Numbered from the stretch's first letter, positions 52,475 to 62,944 are shown. The stretch: 64,000 bases of DNA from Alphaproteobacteria bacterium (GCA_031549365.1 JAVBPX010000003.1:8703-72702), one strand, 5' to 3'. The notes: generated by a model not told the origin, from the sequence alone. Program-made: numbers and translations.

Positions 52475-52993
52475 TTAAAACAAGCCCCTCTGCCCGCCGA
52501 CCTTGCGTCGTGGCAATTCACATATGTCGGCCCCTTCGTCAGCCTCGGGAATTTGGGCAATAATCTTTTTAAAATCTGCCACTCGTTGGAATTTTTTATA
52601 AACGGATACAAAACGAACAAACGCAATCGGATCCAACATTAATAATGATTCGGATACCATATCGCCAATTGATTCGGATGTGATGAAATCGTCCCCTGCA
52701 TCAGTTTCCAAACGACGTTGAATTGATGTAACAATTTTGTCGATTTGCGATTCAGTAACATCACGTTTACGACAAGCCAATCGGATTGAACGTTCGACCT
52801 TGTCCCGATTGAATGCTTCGACCTGACCGTTGGTTTTACGGACCGATAATTCGCGCAATTGAATTCTTTCGAATGTTGTAAATCTGGCCCCACATGCATT
52901 GCACACGCGGCGGCGACGAATTGTTGCGTCGTCGTCAGATGGTCTGGAATCTTTGACCTGGGAATCACAGGTCGAACAATAAGGGCATCGCAT
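52475..52993 (-). CDS. nrdR: transcriptional repressor NrdR
   Basis: MRCPYCSTCDSQVKDSRP...VRRRRVCNACGARFTTFE is a zinc ribbon plus ATP-cone. Confidence 0.88.
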   Translation of the reverse strand: MRCPYCSTCDSQVKDSRPSDDDATIRRRRVCNACGARFTTFERIQLRELSVRKTNGQVEAFNRDKVERSIRLACRKRDVTESQIDKIVTSIQRRLETDAGDDFITSESIGDMVSESLLMLDPIAFVRFVSVYKKFQRVADFKKIIAQIPEADEGADICELPRRKVGGQRGLF

Positions 52994-53142
52994 AATTTAT
53001 TACCAATATTTCTGTTTTATACATGTATTTAAGCCCAAAACATACCCCTGGGTCAAGATAATAATCAAAATCCTTGATTTCGGCGTTATCGTATGGCACA
53101 ATCAATTTCGTTCAAAATACAGCAAAATACAAAGGATTTATT

Positions 53143-54504
53143 ATGCCAGCCTCATCAATGGAAGATTTAATTTCACTATGCAAACGTCGCGGATTTGTGT
53201 TTCCGGGCTCGGAAATTTATGGCGGGTTAAAGGGATTTTACGATTACGGTCCACTGGGCGTTGAATTACGCATGAATTTGCGCAAATTATGGTGGTCATC
53301 CATGGTATATCAACGCGATGATGTCGAGGGGCTAGAGGCAGCATTAATTAACAACCGTACAATGTGGAAATATTCGGGGCATGAAGACGGTTTTTCAGAT
53401 CCATTGGTCGAATGCAAAAAATGTCATCAACGTATGCGCCAAGATACAATGACGGACCAAACAAAATGCGAATATTGTGGATCACATGATTTGACCGAAC
53501 CGCGTTCATATTTATTAATGATGAAGGTTGGCGTTGGCCCGATTGTTGATGAATCATCGTATGCTTATTTGCGTCCTGAAACCGCGACAACAACATATGT
53601 TAATTTTAAAAATGTTTTGGATTCAACATCGCGCAAAATTCCATTTGGAATTGCACAAATGGGCAAAGCGTTTCGAAATGAAATCACGCCACGAAATTTC
53701 GTATTCCGTATGCGCGAATTCGAACAAATGGAAATGCAATTTTTTGTTAATCCATCGACTGATGATTCTTGGTTTGAAACATGGCAAAAAAATCGCATGA
53801 ATTGGTGGTTGTCTTTGGGCATTCCTGCCGACAAATTGCGTTTTAAACCACACGAAAAATTGGCCCATTATGCCAAGGCCGCAACGGATATCGAATATCA
53901 ATTTGCACATGGTTTTGACGAAGTCGAAGGCATTCACAATCGCCAAGATTTCGATTTAGGATCGCACACCAAAAATCAATCCGAATTTAAAATCAATGCG
54001 AATGTTATGAAAAACACTGATTCAAACACTAAACTGAATTATGTCGATCCACAGAATGGTGAAAACTTTATTCCATATGTAATTGAAACCGCGATGGGAT
54101 TGGACCGCGCAATGATTGCCGTTTTGGATAATGCATATACTGTTGAAAATTTGGAAAATGATAATACGCGTATTGTTTTAAAAATGCATCCGCGTTTGTC
54201 CCCGATCAAGGCCGCAGTTATTCCATTGGCGCGTAATGTTCCAGAATTGATGGATGTAACGCGTGAAATTCATTCAACATTACAAAAAATGGACATTGGT
54301 CGTTTTGTTATCGAAAATTCCGGCAACATTGGAAAAAATTATCGCCGTCATGATGAAATTGGAACACCTGTATGCATCACAGTTGATCACCAATCATTGG
54401 ATGACAAAATGGTAACATTGCGTCATCGTGACAATATGCAACAGGAACGCATCGCAATCGCCGATGTTCCGGCACGCATTCGTTCAATAATAATGGGCGA
54501 ATAA
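53143..54504 (+). CDS. glyS: glycyl-tRNA synthetase, dimeric alpha2 type
   Basis: MPASSMEDLISLCKRRGFVFPGSEIYGGLKGFYDYGPLGVELRMNLRKLWW. This is the N-terminus of the class II alpha2-type GlyRS, as in Thermus or Mycoplasma. Confidence 0.85.
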   Translation: MPASSMEDLISLCKRRGFVFPGSEIYGGLKGFYDYGPLGVELRMNLRKLWWSSMVYQRDDVEGLEAALINNRTMWKYSGHEDGFSDPLVECKKCHQRMRQDTMTDQTKCEYCGSHDLTEPRSYLLMMKVGVGPIVDESSYAYLRPETATTTYVNFKNVLDSTSRKIPFGIAQMGKAFRNEITPRNFVFRMREFEQMEMQFFVNPSTDDSWFETWQKNRMNWWLSLGIPADKLRFKPHEKLAHYAKAATDIEYQFAHGFDEVEGIHNRQDFDLGSHTKNQSEFKINANVMKNTDSNTKLNYVDPQNGENFIPYVIETAMGLDRAMIAVLDNAYTVENLENDNTRIVLKMHPRLSPIKAAVIPLARNVPELMDVTREIHSTLQKMDIGRFVIENSGNIGKNYRRHDEIGTPVCITVDHQSLDDKMVTLRHRDNMQQERIAIADVPARIRSIIMGE

Positions 54505-54520
54505 AACCGTTGGGGGAATC

Positions 54521-55000
54521 ATGAAATACAAATATAAATTGGCGTTATTGGGCGCTGTATTCTGTGGTTTGTTTTTGTGGGGATATTTATCGTTTCAACA
54601 ACATACTATTCGCAAATCAAACCGTCGCGATTATAATTTGATTTTGGTATTTTCAACGGTTGACGGAATATTCCCGGGATCCGACGTTATGATTGCGGGC
54701 GTTCCAGTTGGAACTGTTACGTCAACATCGTTGGATGAAAACCAAGCAATCGTTAACGTATCAATTTCAAAAAAATATAAATTGCCTGCTGATTCATCGG
54801 CATCAATTTATACGGACGGATTATTGGGCCGATCATATGTGAATATTAATCCGGGTTCGGACGATGAAATGTTACAACCCGGCGACATAATCGAAATGAC
54901 CCAGGGAACATTACCAATAACCGATATGGTTGGAATTGTTTTGAACAAATTCATTGACCAAGACAAAGCCAAAGCGGCAAAACCAAATGTCGCTGAATAA
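54521..55000 (+). CDS. MCE/MlaD-domain protein
   Basis: An N-terminal transmembrane helix followed by an MCE domain (..VMIAGVPVGTVTS..). Confidence 0.7.
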   Translation: MKYKYKLALLGAVFCGLFLWGYLSFQQHTIRKSNRRDYNLILVFSTVDGIFPGSDVMIAGVPVGTVTSTSLDENQAIVNVSISKKYKLPADSSASIYTDGLLGRSYVNINPGSDDEMLQPGDIIEMTQGTLPITDMVGIVLNKFIDQDKAKAAKPNVAE

Positions 55001-55868
55001 TAAAAATAATTCGGAATTTATTCGTTTAATAAACAAATTAAAACCGTTTCGCGCGCATGTTTCCGCATGCATTATAAATTTAGAAACCGATGAACATTTT
55101 GAATATAATCCAAATGAATTAATTTATCCGGCCAGCACATATAAAATTTTCATAGGGGCCGAAGTACTGCGTCAGGCAGAAGCCAAAAAATTTTCATTAC
55201 ATGATAAAATTACAATAAAATCACCAAACGATATTGATGACGAATCTCGTTTTTATCCAACGGATATATTCCCTGTATTGCAAGCGGGCGATGTGGTTGA
55301 TATTGAAACATTGTTAAAAATGATGTTACAGCGCAGTGATAACACCGCTTCGAATTGTTTGATTGATTTGGTTGGGCGTGAATCAATATCCAAAAATATC
55401 ATTCATAAAAATGGATGGGATGGCAGCGACGTTACACGAAAATTTTTAAATCGAATACACGAACATAAAAAATATCGTTATGCCGACATTACCCGCACAT
55501 GCGGATTACATTTGGCCAAATTTATGAAAAAATTGGATTCCGAGGAATTAATCAGCCCAAATGTATCAAAAAAATTATTTGAATATATGGCGCATGATCG
55601 CGATTCTTTGGATACACGTTTACCACATCGTGCCGCTGACAATTGGTTAACCGGGACCGTTCGGGAAAAAGGCGGTTGGATCCAAGCATTCAGTCCTAAA
55701 TTTCCACGTATAATTCGTCGAAAATATTATATTCGTTATCAATCCCAGGCGGCAATTGTTGAAACAAAACATGGGAAATTCGCAATCGGCATTGTATCCA
55801 AATACAATACGATTTTTCCAAATCGATATTTTAAATTTTCAAAAATAACAGAATGGCTGGATAAATAA
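54987..55868 (+). CDS. class A beta-lactamase-family serine hydrolase
   Basis: STYK (SxxK), SDN and TG motifs in the right order. Confidence 0.65.
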   Translation: MSLNNKNNSEFIRLINKLKPFRAHVSACIINLETDEHFEYNPNELIYPASTYKIFIGAEVLRQAEAKKFSLHDKITIKSPNDIDDESRFYPTDIFPVLQAGDVVDIETLLKMMLQRSDNTASNCLIDLVGRESISKNIIHKNGWDGSDVTRKFLNRIHEHKKYRYADITRTCGLHLAKFMKKLDSEELISPNVSKKLFEYMAHDRDSLDTRLPHRAADNWLTGTVREKGGWIQAFSPKFPRIIRRKYYIRYQSQAAIVETKHGKFAIGIVSKYNTIFPNRYFKFSKITEWLDK

Positions 55869-55892
55869 AAACTCCCAAATGGGAGTTTTTAT
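55866..55892. terminator. bidirectional terminator
   Basis: aaaactccc-aaat-gggagttttt. Confidence 0.6.
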
Positions 55893-55893
55893 T

Positions 55894-56850
55894 TTAAATC
55901 CTGGGTGATACGCGGATATAACTGCCCATATCTGTGACGGAATATCCAAATGCGCGCAATGCGTTTTCAAATCCACGACGTTGATCAATATTTACGCCCA
56001 TACGTGCGGTTGCGGCGGATATTGTTTGGGTTGTTGGATGAATATTGTTATCAGTTTCGATTTTTTGAATTTGCCCGCGTAATGTCGCCCATGAACGCAA
56101 TCCCGACGGTAAATCAAACAAAAATATGGCTTGATCCACGATAACCATTGTTTGACCCAAATGTTCCGTGATCCAAAAATCATTAATCAAACGAACGATT
56201 GCGGTGGCCACGGCCGCCGAACCGTAACCCAAAATTGTTGTTTCGCGGGATTCGCGCGATTCAACATTCATAACTCGGATTTTTGTATTTTCACCCATTT
56301 TTGTAATTTGTGCTGTATAAACCAAAGTTTCGTCTGCAACATATTTATCGCCAACCGATATCAACATTTTCGATGAATCCATCCCACGAATAATATTCAT
56401 AGTGTTTGATTTCATTGTCGAATTATCCGCGAATTGATCCACAGACAACATTTGAATATATGCTGGCTTTTTCGATTTTATCATTGTATATGGAACATCA
56501 TTTTTACGCATCCAATTAATCATGGATTCTCGGGCCACTGTCATAGTAACGTCCGCAACATAAGATGTTTGTGATTGTTTTTCATTATCAATATTTGTCG
56601 CGCCAACCAATGCTGCGATATCCGAATTTGAAAGCGATGGCAACAATTCATTTAATTTTTTTGAATCCCCAAAACGATAAAATATGGTTGATACAATATC
56701 GCGGCGCGCTTCGTCCATCCCCTTGTTTTTCGCAGTTGTCGCAGAATCATCGCGTTTATCAATATGGCGAGATTCAACAAACATAGGATCGGCCGCAATC
56801 GCAGTCCCAATAAATAACAATGCAAACAAAGATAAAAACAATTTTTTCAT
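55894..56850 (-). CDS. hypothetical periplasmic protein
   Basis: Signal peptide MKKLFLSLFALLFIGTAIA. 318 aa. Confidence 0.5.
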   Translation of the reverse strand: MKKLFLSLFALLFIGTAIAADPMFVESRHIDKRDDSATTAKNKGMDEARRDIVSTIFYRFGDSKKLNELLPSLSNSDIAALVGATNIDNEKQSQTSYVADVTMTVARESMINWMRKNDVPYTMIKSKKPAYIQMLSVDQFADNSTMKSNTMNIIRGMDSSKMLISVGDKYVADETLVYTAQITKMGENTKIRVMNVESRESRETTILGYGSAAVATAIVRLINDFWITEHLGQTMVIVDQAIFLFDLPSGLRSWATLRGQIQKIETDNNIHPTTQTISAATARMGVNIDQRRGFENALRAFGYSVTDMGSYIRVSPRI

Positions 56851-56923
56851 ATTTCCCCCGAATTTATGTATCCACCCTATTCTATAATACGCGCGATCGT
56901 TTTTCCAGGGGAAAATAAATAAC

Positions 56924-56956
56924 ATCAAAAAATCCCGAATATTACATGGGGATTTT
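56924..56956 (-). terminator. terminator downstream of the OMP gene
   Basis: aaaaaatccc-gaatattacatg-gggatttt. Confidence 0.5.
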
Positions 56957-56961
56957 AAATT

Positions 56962-58323
56962 TTAAAACTTGGAAACAATTCCGACGCGTGCGCCAATTTG
57001 TTTATAACGAGCGTCAATTTCCTTGGACGTTTTGCATGAACCATTTGCGCCACATGTTTGTTCGATGTAATCAACGTCGGCCTGGGTAATGCGGCTGTCT
57101 GGATTATTGGCCTGATCCTGATACCATGACAAATCATAATTTGTGGTCGCATCACCGCCGGATAAAATATAATAATCATATACAACGCCCAATACCAAAT
57201 CCAATTTTGGTGTAATGCGTCCAACATAATTCATTGCGGCGCCAATGTGATATGCTTGGCCGATGCTGCCCTCGTCCTTGAAAGATGTCGGGTGTTGTAA
57301 ATCCCCGCGATCTGGCCAATTGGCTGTTGCTGAATAAATTGGCAAACCAAATTCCAGACGCCAATTGATTGCGTTCGCAGCATTTATATGATTATCAATA
57401 TCCATTGCAACGAATGGGCCTGCCCATGTTGCCTTGTACTTGTGCGTTGTGCCGGATAACATGTCATAAAAGCTGTCCAAAGGAGTTCCGCCCGTACCAT
57501 TTGATGGGACGTAACCATCAATAAAACCGTCTCCATTGTTATCAACCGGGGTCCATGGCACTATACCCCATATAGTCTTACCATCTGCTGTCCCTGACGC
57601 CACGTACAATACAGGATTCCCATTGCTGTCTACTTCAATAAACACCGCGCGTGAATCTTCGACCTTTAATTCTTGGGTTATTGAACGGTAACCAATCGAC
57701 GGCGTAAATGTTACGTTGCCCGCAGACCACATATCTTTTAACCCGAATGCAACATGATATCCCATCATGGATCCATCCTGACCACCGACACTGAATGCCT
57801 TTAATGATTTTGGGTATTCACTTATAAGCCCGCCACCAGTCCCAGAATTTACAACATCAAACAAAGTTGTATCAATTCCGCCATTATAAACGTCGTCGTC
57901 AATCGCGCGCCCGGAATCCATCATGATTCCATATACAAATCCGAAATCAATCATCCCTGCGATTTTATTAATCGGTTTCATGATGTATCCACCGTTTAAT
58001 GATAATGTGGTCCAGGTTGTGTTGCTCCATGATAAAATTGATTTTGCTGAATTCATTTCAAATTCAAAATCGGACCAAGCCATCCCAATATTTCCGCCCA
58101 AATAAAACCCGGATGGCGTTTGATATCTATCGGATGGAATTGTTGCAACCGGCGCAGTGCGCGCAGCAACAGTAACAACACGTGGTTGTTCGTAATAATC
58201 TGGCGCCTTGGTCGATGTTGTATTTGTTCGACCGCCGCCGTATTGTTGAAAATAATCAATATCATCGGCAAGCACAGGTGTTGCCAACATTAATATAAAT
58301 AACGATGATAAAATTTTACGCAT
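56962..58323 (-). CDS. outer-membrane beta-barrel protein
   Basis: Signal peptide MRKILSSLFILMLATPVLA. The C-terminal residue is Phe (..GIVSKF). There are alternating amphipathic strands. Confidence 0.65.
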   Translation of the reverse strand: MRKILSSLFILMLATPVLADDIDYFQQYGGGRTNTTSTKAPDYYEQPRVVTVAARTAPVATIPSDRYQTPSGFYLGGNIGMAWSDFEFEMNSAKSILSWSNTTWTTLSLNGGYIMKPINKIAGMIDFGFVYGIMMDSGRAIDDDVYNGGIDTTLFDVVNSGTGGGLISEYPKSLKAFSVGGQDGSMMGYHVAFGLKDMWSAGNVTFTPSIGYRSITQELKVEDSRAVFIEVDSNGNPVLYVASGTADGKTIWGIVPWTPVDNNGDGFIDGYVPSNGTGGTPLDSFYDMLSGTTHKYKATWAGPFVAMDIDNHINAANAINWRLEFGLPIYSATANWPDRGDLQHPTSFKDEGSIGQAYHIGAAMNYVGRITPKLDLVLGVVYDYYILSGGDATTNYDLSWYQDQANNPDSRITQADVDYIEQTCGANGSCKTSKEIDARYKQIGARVGIVSKF

Positions 58324-58436
58324 ATTAAATACTCCGTACATTCGTATATATGGGCATTATAGCGTATTTGAAAATTTCAGGCAATCGGAAAATGATTAAA
58401 TATATTTTTATGCTTTGGCTTATTTATGCACGAATT

Positions 58437-58751
58437 TTATTTTTTAATAATTTCGGTCCTGGACCCACAGATATCCCATGCTTCATCTTCCAGTTTTTTA
58501 ATTTGTTTTAACAGCGTTGAAATTTCTTTTAATTTTTCTGCGTACCGAACGCGGCCGCGTGCCAGGTCTAAACGATATTGGTTTTCGAGATAATCGGCCA
58601 TGGCATTAAAAAATTCCGAACGCGCCCCATGCGTCATTGCGCCAATATCATCGGCCAGATTGGATAATGATCCATTATAATTTTCGCAATAATTTTTATG
58701 AGCACATTTTTTGTCCACGATATGTCCTTTCAGGCTGTTGCACTTGGTCAT
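58437..58751 (-). CDS. hypothetical protein
   Basis: 104 aa with no recognisable domain. Confidence 0.4.
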   Translation of the reverse strand: MTKCNSLKGHIVDKKCAHKNYCENYNGSLSNLADDIGAMTHGARSEFFNAMADYLENQYRLDLARGRVRYAEKLKEISTLLKQIKKLEDEAWDICGSRTEIIKK

Positions 58752-58820
58752 CGCGAACGTAGTGTGGCGATGACAATTAAATAATTCTGAATGTTACTAT
58801 AAATGATTATCCTAGACGGA

Positions 58821-58907
58821 TGGTGCGGGTAACTGGACTTGAACCAGCACGATCGCAATGATCAAAGGATTTTAAGTCCTCAGCGTCTACCATTCCGCCA
58901 TACCCGC
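58821..58907 (-). tRNA. tRNA-Leu (anticodon UAA)
   Basis: GCGGGTATGGCGGAATGGTAGACGC...GAGGA-cuUAAaa-UCCUU, a long variable arm, a T-arm GGTTCAAGTCC and an encoded CCA. Confidence 0.88.
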
Positions 58908-58930
58908 ATATTAACAAAATAAATTCCAAG

Positions 58931-59015
58931 TGGTGCGGTCAAGAAGACTCGAACTTCCATGGATTTCTCCACAGCCACCTCAAGGCTGCGCGTCTACCAA
59001 TTTCGCCATGACCGC
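58931..59015 (-). tRNA. tRNA-Leu (anticodon GAG)
   Basis: GCGGTCATGGCGAAATTGGTAGACGCG CAGCC-uuGAGgu-GGCTG, a long variable arm, GGTTCGAGTCT and CCA. Confidence 0.88.
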
Positions 59016-59088
59016 AGTAAACGCAATAATAATGCCTTTTGTTCCAATTTTCAAGTGTTTTATTCAAAAATCCGGATTTTTTTAATTA

Positions 59089-59125
59089 TTAAAAAACGCC
59101 CCGGTTCGGGGCGTTTTTGTTTTGG
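59089..59125. terminator. bidirectional terminator
   Basis: aaaaaacgcccc-ggtt-cggggcgttttt. Confidence 0.65.
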
Positions 59126-59136
59126 CTTTAAACCTG

Positions 59137-61215
59137 TTATTCAAATCCGATTGGGTCGCCGTATGACGCGACTTCTTGGCCCGCAATGAAACAAGAAATA
59201 TCAGCGATTTCGGAATCATACGCATTGTTCAACATGATTTGGCGGGTAACCAAGAATCCTGTTGTTCCCAACGCAGCGCCACCAACGGCATCGGAAATCA
59301 AACGACCCGTTTTATTCAGCCCCTTGTTTTCTGCCAAATCTGCGCGGTCATCGACAGCGCTTTCCCATGCTTTTTGTTGTTCAGAACACTTGCTTGAATC
59401 GTTCGAATTAGTACTCAAACATGAATCCAACTTGGTTTTCTCTGCTCTGATTTTTGCGTCAGCCTGGGTATAATCATTGGATTTTGATTGCTTGTTACCA
59501 ATATTTGCAATCGCGTTATTGCCCCAAACTTCCATCAATCCGACACCGGCGCCCGCGGACAATAATCCAACACCAGTTGAAACCCATCCACGTTTGTTGC
59601 GGGCCGCTTTATCACCCGTGCGAATATCTTTTTTCAAATCAGATTCGCTGTGCCATCCGCCGCAAATTGTTTGGTCGGACATACGCATTTTTGCGCTGGA
59701 CAAATTTTTCAATTTTGGATTTGTCTTCGAAGACAATTCAACTGTTACCCAACATGTATTATCCAAATCATCGGTTGCAACGTTGGATGCATTCGAACGA
59801 CTGGCCCAAGTATAACTGCCATTATTTGTGATATCGGCAGCTTTACATTTTGAACGCAGGGCCATAGCGTCGGCCTTCATTTTATTTTTTATCAATGCAC
59901 TGGTATCTTCCAACAATTCTTGGAATACTGTGGCGCCATCATTACCGGATGATTTAACAGAATTCCATGCAGCGCGAACATTTGATTTGCCACCCCATGT
60001 TGAACTGGTCGAACCTTCGGCAAAGAATGTATCCTTGCAATCCGCATCATTTTTAACTGTTGCCATACACAATGAAGCCACAACTTCGGCATCCAATTCC
60101 TTGGCTGTTATATCATAACAACGACCATAATCAGCACCACATTCGGTTTTAATACATTTTTCAACGGATGCCTGACAGCTTTCACGCATTTGCGTAATCA
60201 TTCCGTCCGAAAAACTGGCGGATAATTCACCGTTCAATTTTACAACAAATCCAGCGGCATCATTTGTCCATAAATGTGTGAACAAACGTGATGCTTGACC
60301 ACCAGCTGCGACTGTGTATGCGTCCTGGCATGCCAGGGATGAATTTATAACTTCTGTACAGCCATTTTCAATTTGTGTGTTAACATTTGCGGCAGCTTTT
60401 AAATCAACGCGGCCCGACACTTTGGATTGGGTGTAACAAGCGGCCAACGAACCACCAGCACAATTATTTTGAACGCATTCGCGAACTTCGTTATAACACA
60501 GACCTTGCTGTTTAACGATATTTTCAGCAACCAATACGGCCAATTTTCCCTTTAATATTTCATAACGATCATTGTAAACATCGTCGAATACGAAGCTGGC
60601 CTCGTCAGTAATAACTTCGTCGGACGCATTTGCTTGGGCATTAGCCATCATACGACATGCCTTGGCGCGACCAACGGTTTCCAAACAAGATTGTTTTACG
60701 TATGCCTTGACATTCGTTGTCGAATTTCCGGTCGATTCAGTACATTTTCCCAAATTAACAGAACAAGTCGAAATCATACATTCGTCCATTGTTTTGTAAC
60801 ATGCATCAACTGCATTTTCAGCAGTTAAAACGATTGCATCGGCGATTGACTTGTTCACCAATGATTCCAGAGCCTTTTTCCCAGCGGCATCACATGAATT
60901 ATAAACGTCGGCACAATAAACCTTGACCGCGTTAAATTCTTCAGATGTTGTACAATTTTCAAATGTTGATCCGCAAGCACTGTCACGGCGTAGGCATCGC
61001 ATATATTCCGTTGCGCATTTGCCCGTTGTCAATGTTGTTGACGTAGATTGCTGGGTTTGTTGTTGCGTTTGATTTGATCCGCGAACTGTCCCAACGGTCA
61101 ATACGCCACGTGCCCCTGCCATGCTGGCACGCGGTGCCGGCGTTGCAGCATTTGCCGTCGCAACCATTGAAATTGCGCCAATTATTCCATATAAACACAT
61201 CCGAAATCTGGACAT
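59137..61215 (-). CDS. cysteine-rich secreted protein of unknown function
   Basis: 692 aa. Signal peptide MSRFRMCLYGIIGAISMVATANA. About 45 Cys. A strong RBS AAAGGGGGAAAAT precedes the ATG. Confidence 0.65.
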   Translation of the reverse strand: MSRFRMCLYGIIGAISMVATANAATPAPRASMAGARGVLTVGTVRGSNQTQQQTQQSTSTTLTTGKCATEYMRCLRRDSACGSTFENCTTSEEFNAVKVYCADVYNSCDAAGKKALESLVNKSIADAIVLTAENAVDACYKTMDECMISTCSVNLGKCTESTGNSTTNVKAYVKQSCLETVGRAKACRMMANAQANASDEVITDEASFVFDDVYNDRYEILKGKLAVLVAENIVKQQGLCYNEVRECVQNNCAGGSLAACYTQSKVSGRVDLKAAANVNTQIENGCTEVINSSLACQDAYTVAAGGQASRLFTHLWTNDAAGFVVKLNGELSASFSDGMITQMRESCQASVEKCIKTECGADYGRCYDITAKELDAEVVASLCMATVKNDADCKDTFFAEGSTSSTWGGKSNVRAAWNSVKSSGNDGATVFQELLEDTSALIKNKMKADAMALRSKCKAADITNNGSYTWASRSNASNVATDDLDNTCWVTVELSSKTNPKLKNLSSAKMRMSDQTICGGWHSESDLKKDIRTGDKAARNKRGWVSTGVGLLSAGAGVGLMEVWGNNAIANIGNKQSKSNDYTQADAKIRAEKTKLDSCLSTNSNDSSKCSEQQKAWESAVDDRADLAENKGLNKTGRLISDAVGGAALGTTGFLVTRQIMLNNAYDSEIADISCFIAGQEVASYGDPIGFE

Positions 61216-61360
61216 ATTTTCCCCCTTTCATTACGTTTCATATGCTTTATTTTATCATATCGCCCCAATTCGCGCAAGCGGTAATGTCAATAAAATTGCG
61301 CCTTTGCTCTATAAAAAATTTTGTGGTTGATTTTATGATTTTTTCGTTCATCATACGCAC

Positions 61361-62944
61361 ATGATTAAAACAACAAATTTGAATTTTGATCCACAGACCC
61401 TGCCCCAAAATGTTCAGGCGGAACAAGCAGTATTATCAGCAATATTATTAAATAACCGTGCATGGGAAAAAATTTCGGATTTTTTACGCTCTGAGCATTT
61501 TTCACATCCTGCGCACGCAGCCATTTATTCTGTTATTGAACGCCAATTGGCGCGTGGATACCCGGTTGATAACGTTACTATTAAAAATTATTTGGACCAA
61601 CAGGGAATACTGGATGATGTTGGCGGAATTGGATATTTATCGGAATTGATGAACGCAGGGACTTCGGTTATGAACACCGAACAGTATGCACGACTGGTTT
61701 ATGATCACGCATTACGTCGTCAATTAATTCATGTTGGACAAACGATTACTGAAACTGCTTTTGTTGAACATTTGGATTTGCCTGCGACCAAACAAATTGA
61801 AATCGCAGAACAACAATTATATGATTTGGCATCAACTGGTGAAATTGAACGTGGCGCAATTGGATTGGGCGCAGCGTTACGCGAATCGTTGGAAGCAACC
61901 GAAATCGCATACAAACAGGATGGACAAATCGCGGGATTAACGACTGGCTTTGTTGATATCGATAAAAAAATGGGCGGATTGCATTCGTCCGATTTAATTA
62001 TTTTGGCGGGACGTCCGGGTATGGGTAAAACCGCATTGGCGTTAAATTTTGCATTTAATGCGGCGCATGAAATTGCGATGGGCCGAGTTTCCAAAAAGCA
62101 TTCCGGCGTTGTTGCATTTTTCAGTCTGGAAATGAGTGCAGATCAGCTGGCATCACGTATTTTATCCAACGTGGCCGAAGTTCCATACCACAAAATGCGT
62201 AATGGGACGATTACCGATTCCGAATTTATGACCTTGACAGAACGTTCACGCGTATTGGAAAAATTACCATTATATATTGATGATACCCCCGGAATTTCTG
62301 TTCCCATGATTCGGACACGTGCGCGCCGTTTAAAACGTATGCATGGCGGATTGGCGATGATTGTTATTGACTATATCCAATTGTTAACTGCGCCGGGCGG
62401 AAACAAATCCGACAATCGTGTCCAAGAAATTTCCGAAATGACACGTGGATTAAAAATGCTGGCCAAGGAATTAAACGTCCCTGTCGTTGCGTTATCCCAA
62501 TTATCACGTGCGGTTGAATCCCGTGATGATAAACGTCCAATTTTATCCGATTTACGTGAATCTGGATCAATCGAACAGGACGCCGACATTGTAACATTTA
62601 CATATCGTCATGAATACTATTTGCAAAATCGCGATCCGAGCCAAAAATTAAACGCCAAGGGCCCGGACATTCATCTGCGCTGGGAAGAGGAAATGAAGCG
62701 TGCAAAAAATCGCGCTGAATTCATTATTGCAAAACAACGTCACGGCCCAACAGGAACAATTCCAATGGGATTTTTTGGCGAATTTTCAAGATTCACTGAT
62801 ATGTTACCGGGAACGTATGGGCCCGAAACTGTGCAACAAAATTATAATACTCCGACAGCCGGTGCGACACAAACTGTTGCGGAACCAACCATCGATGCGC
62901 CTGGCATTGAAATCCCTGACGATTTACCGGATGATTTCATCTAA
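61361..62944 (+). CDS. dnaB: replicative DNA helicase DnaB with a Pro/Asp-rich C-terminal extension
   Basis: VQAEQAVLSAILLNN at the N-terminus. Walker A is GRPGMGKT. There is a RecA-like C-terminal domain. A roughly 55-aa tail ends DDLPDDFI. Confidence 0.9.
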   Translation: MIKTTNLNFDPQTLPQNVQAEQAVLSAILLNNRAWEKISDFLRSEHFSHPAHAAIYSVIERQLARGYPVDNVTIKNYLDQQGILDDVGGIGYLSELMNAGTSVMNTEQYARLVYDHALRRQLIHVGQTITETAFVEHLDLPATKQIEIAEQQLYDLASTGEIERGAIGLGAALRESLEATEIAYKQDGQIAGLTTGFVDIDKKMGGLHSSDLIILAGRPGMGKTALALNFAFNAAHEIAMGRVSKKHSGVVAFFSLEMSADQLASRILSNVAEVPYHKMRNGTITDSEFMTLTERSRVLEKLPLYIDDTPGISVPMIRTRARRLKRMHGGLAMIVIDYIQLLTAPGGNKSDNRVQEISEMTRGLKMLAKELNVPVVALSQLSRAVESRDDKRPILSDLRESGSIEQDADIVTFTYRHEYYLQNRDPSQKLNAKGPDIHLRWEEEMKRAKNRAEFIIAKQRHGPTGTIPMGFFGEFSRFTDMLPGTYGPETVQQNYNTPTAGATQTVAEPTIDAPGIEIPDDLPDDFI

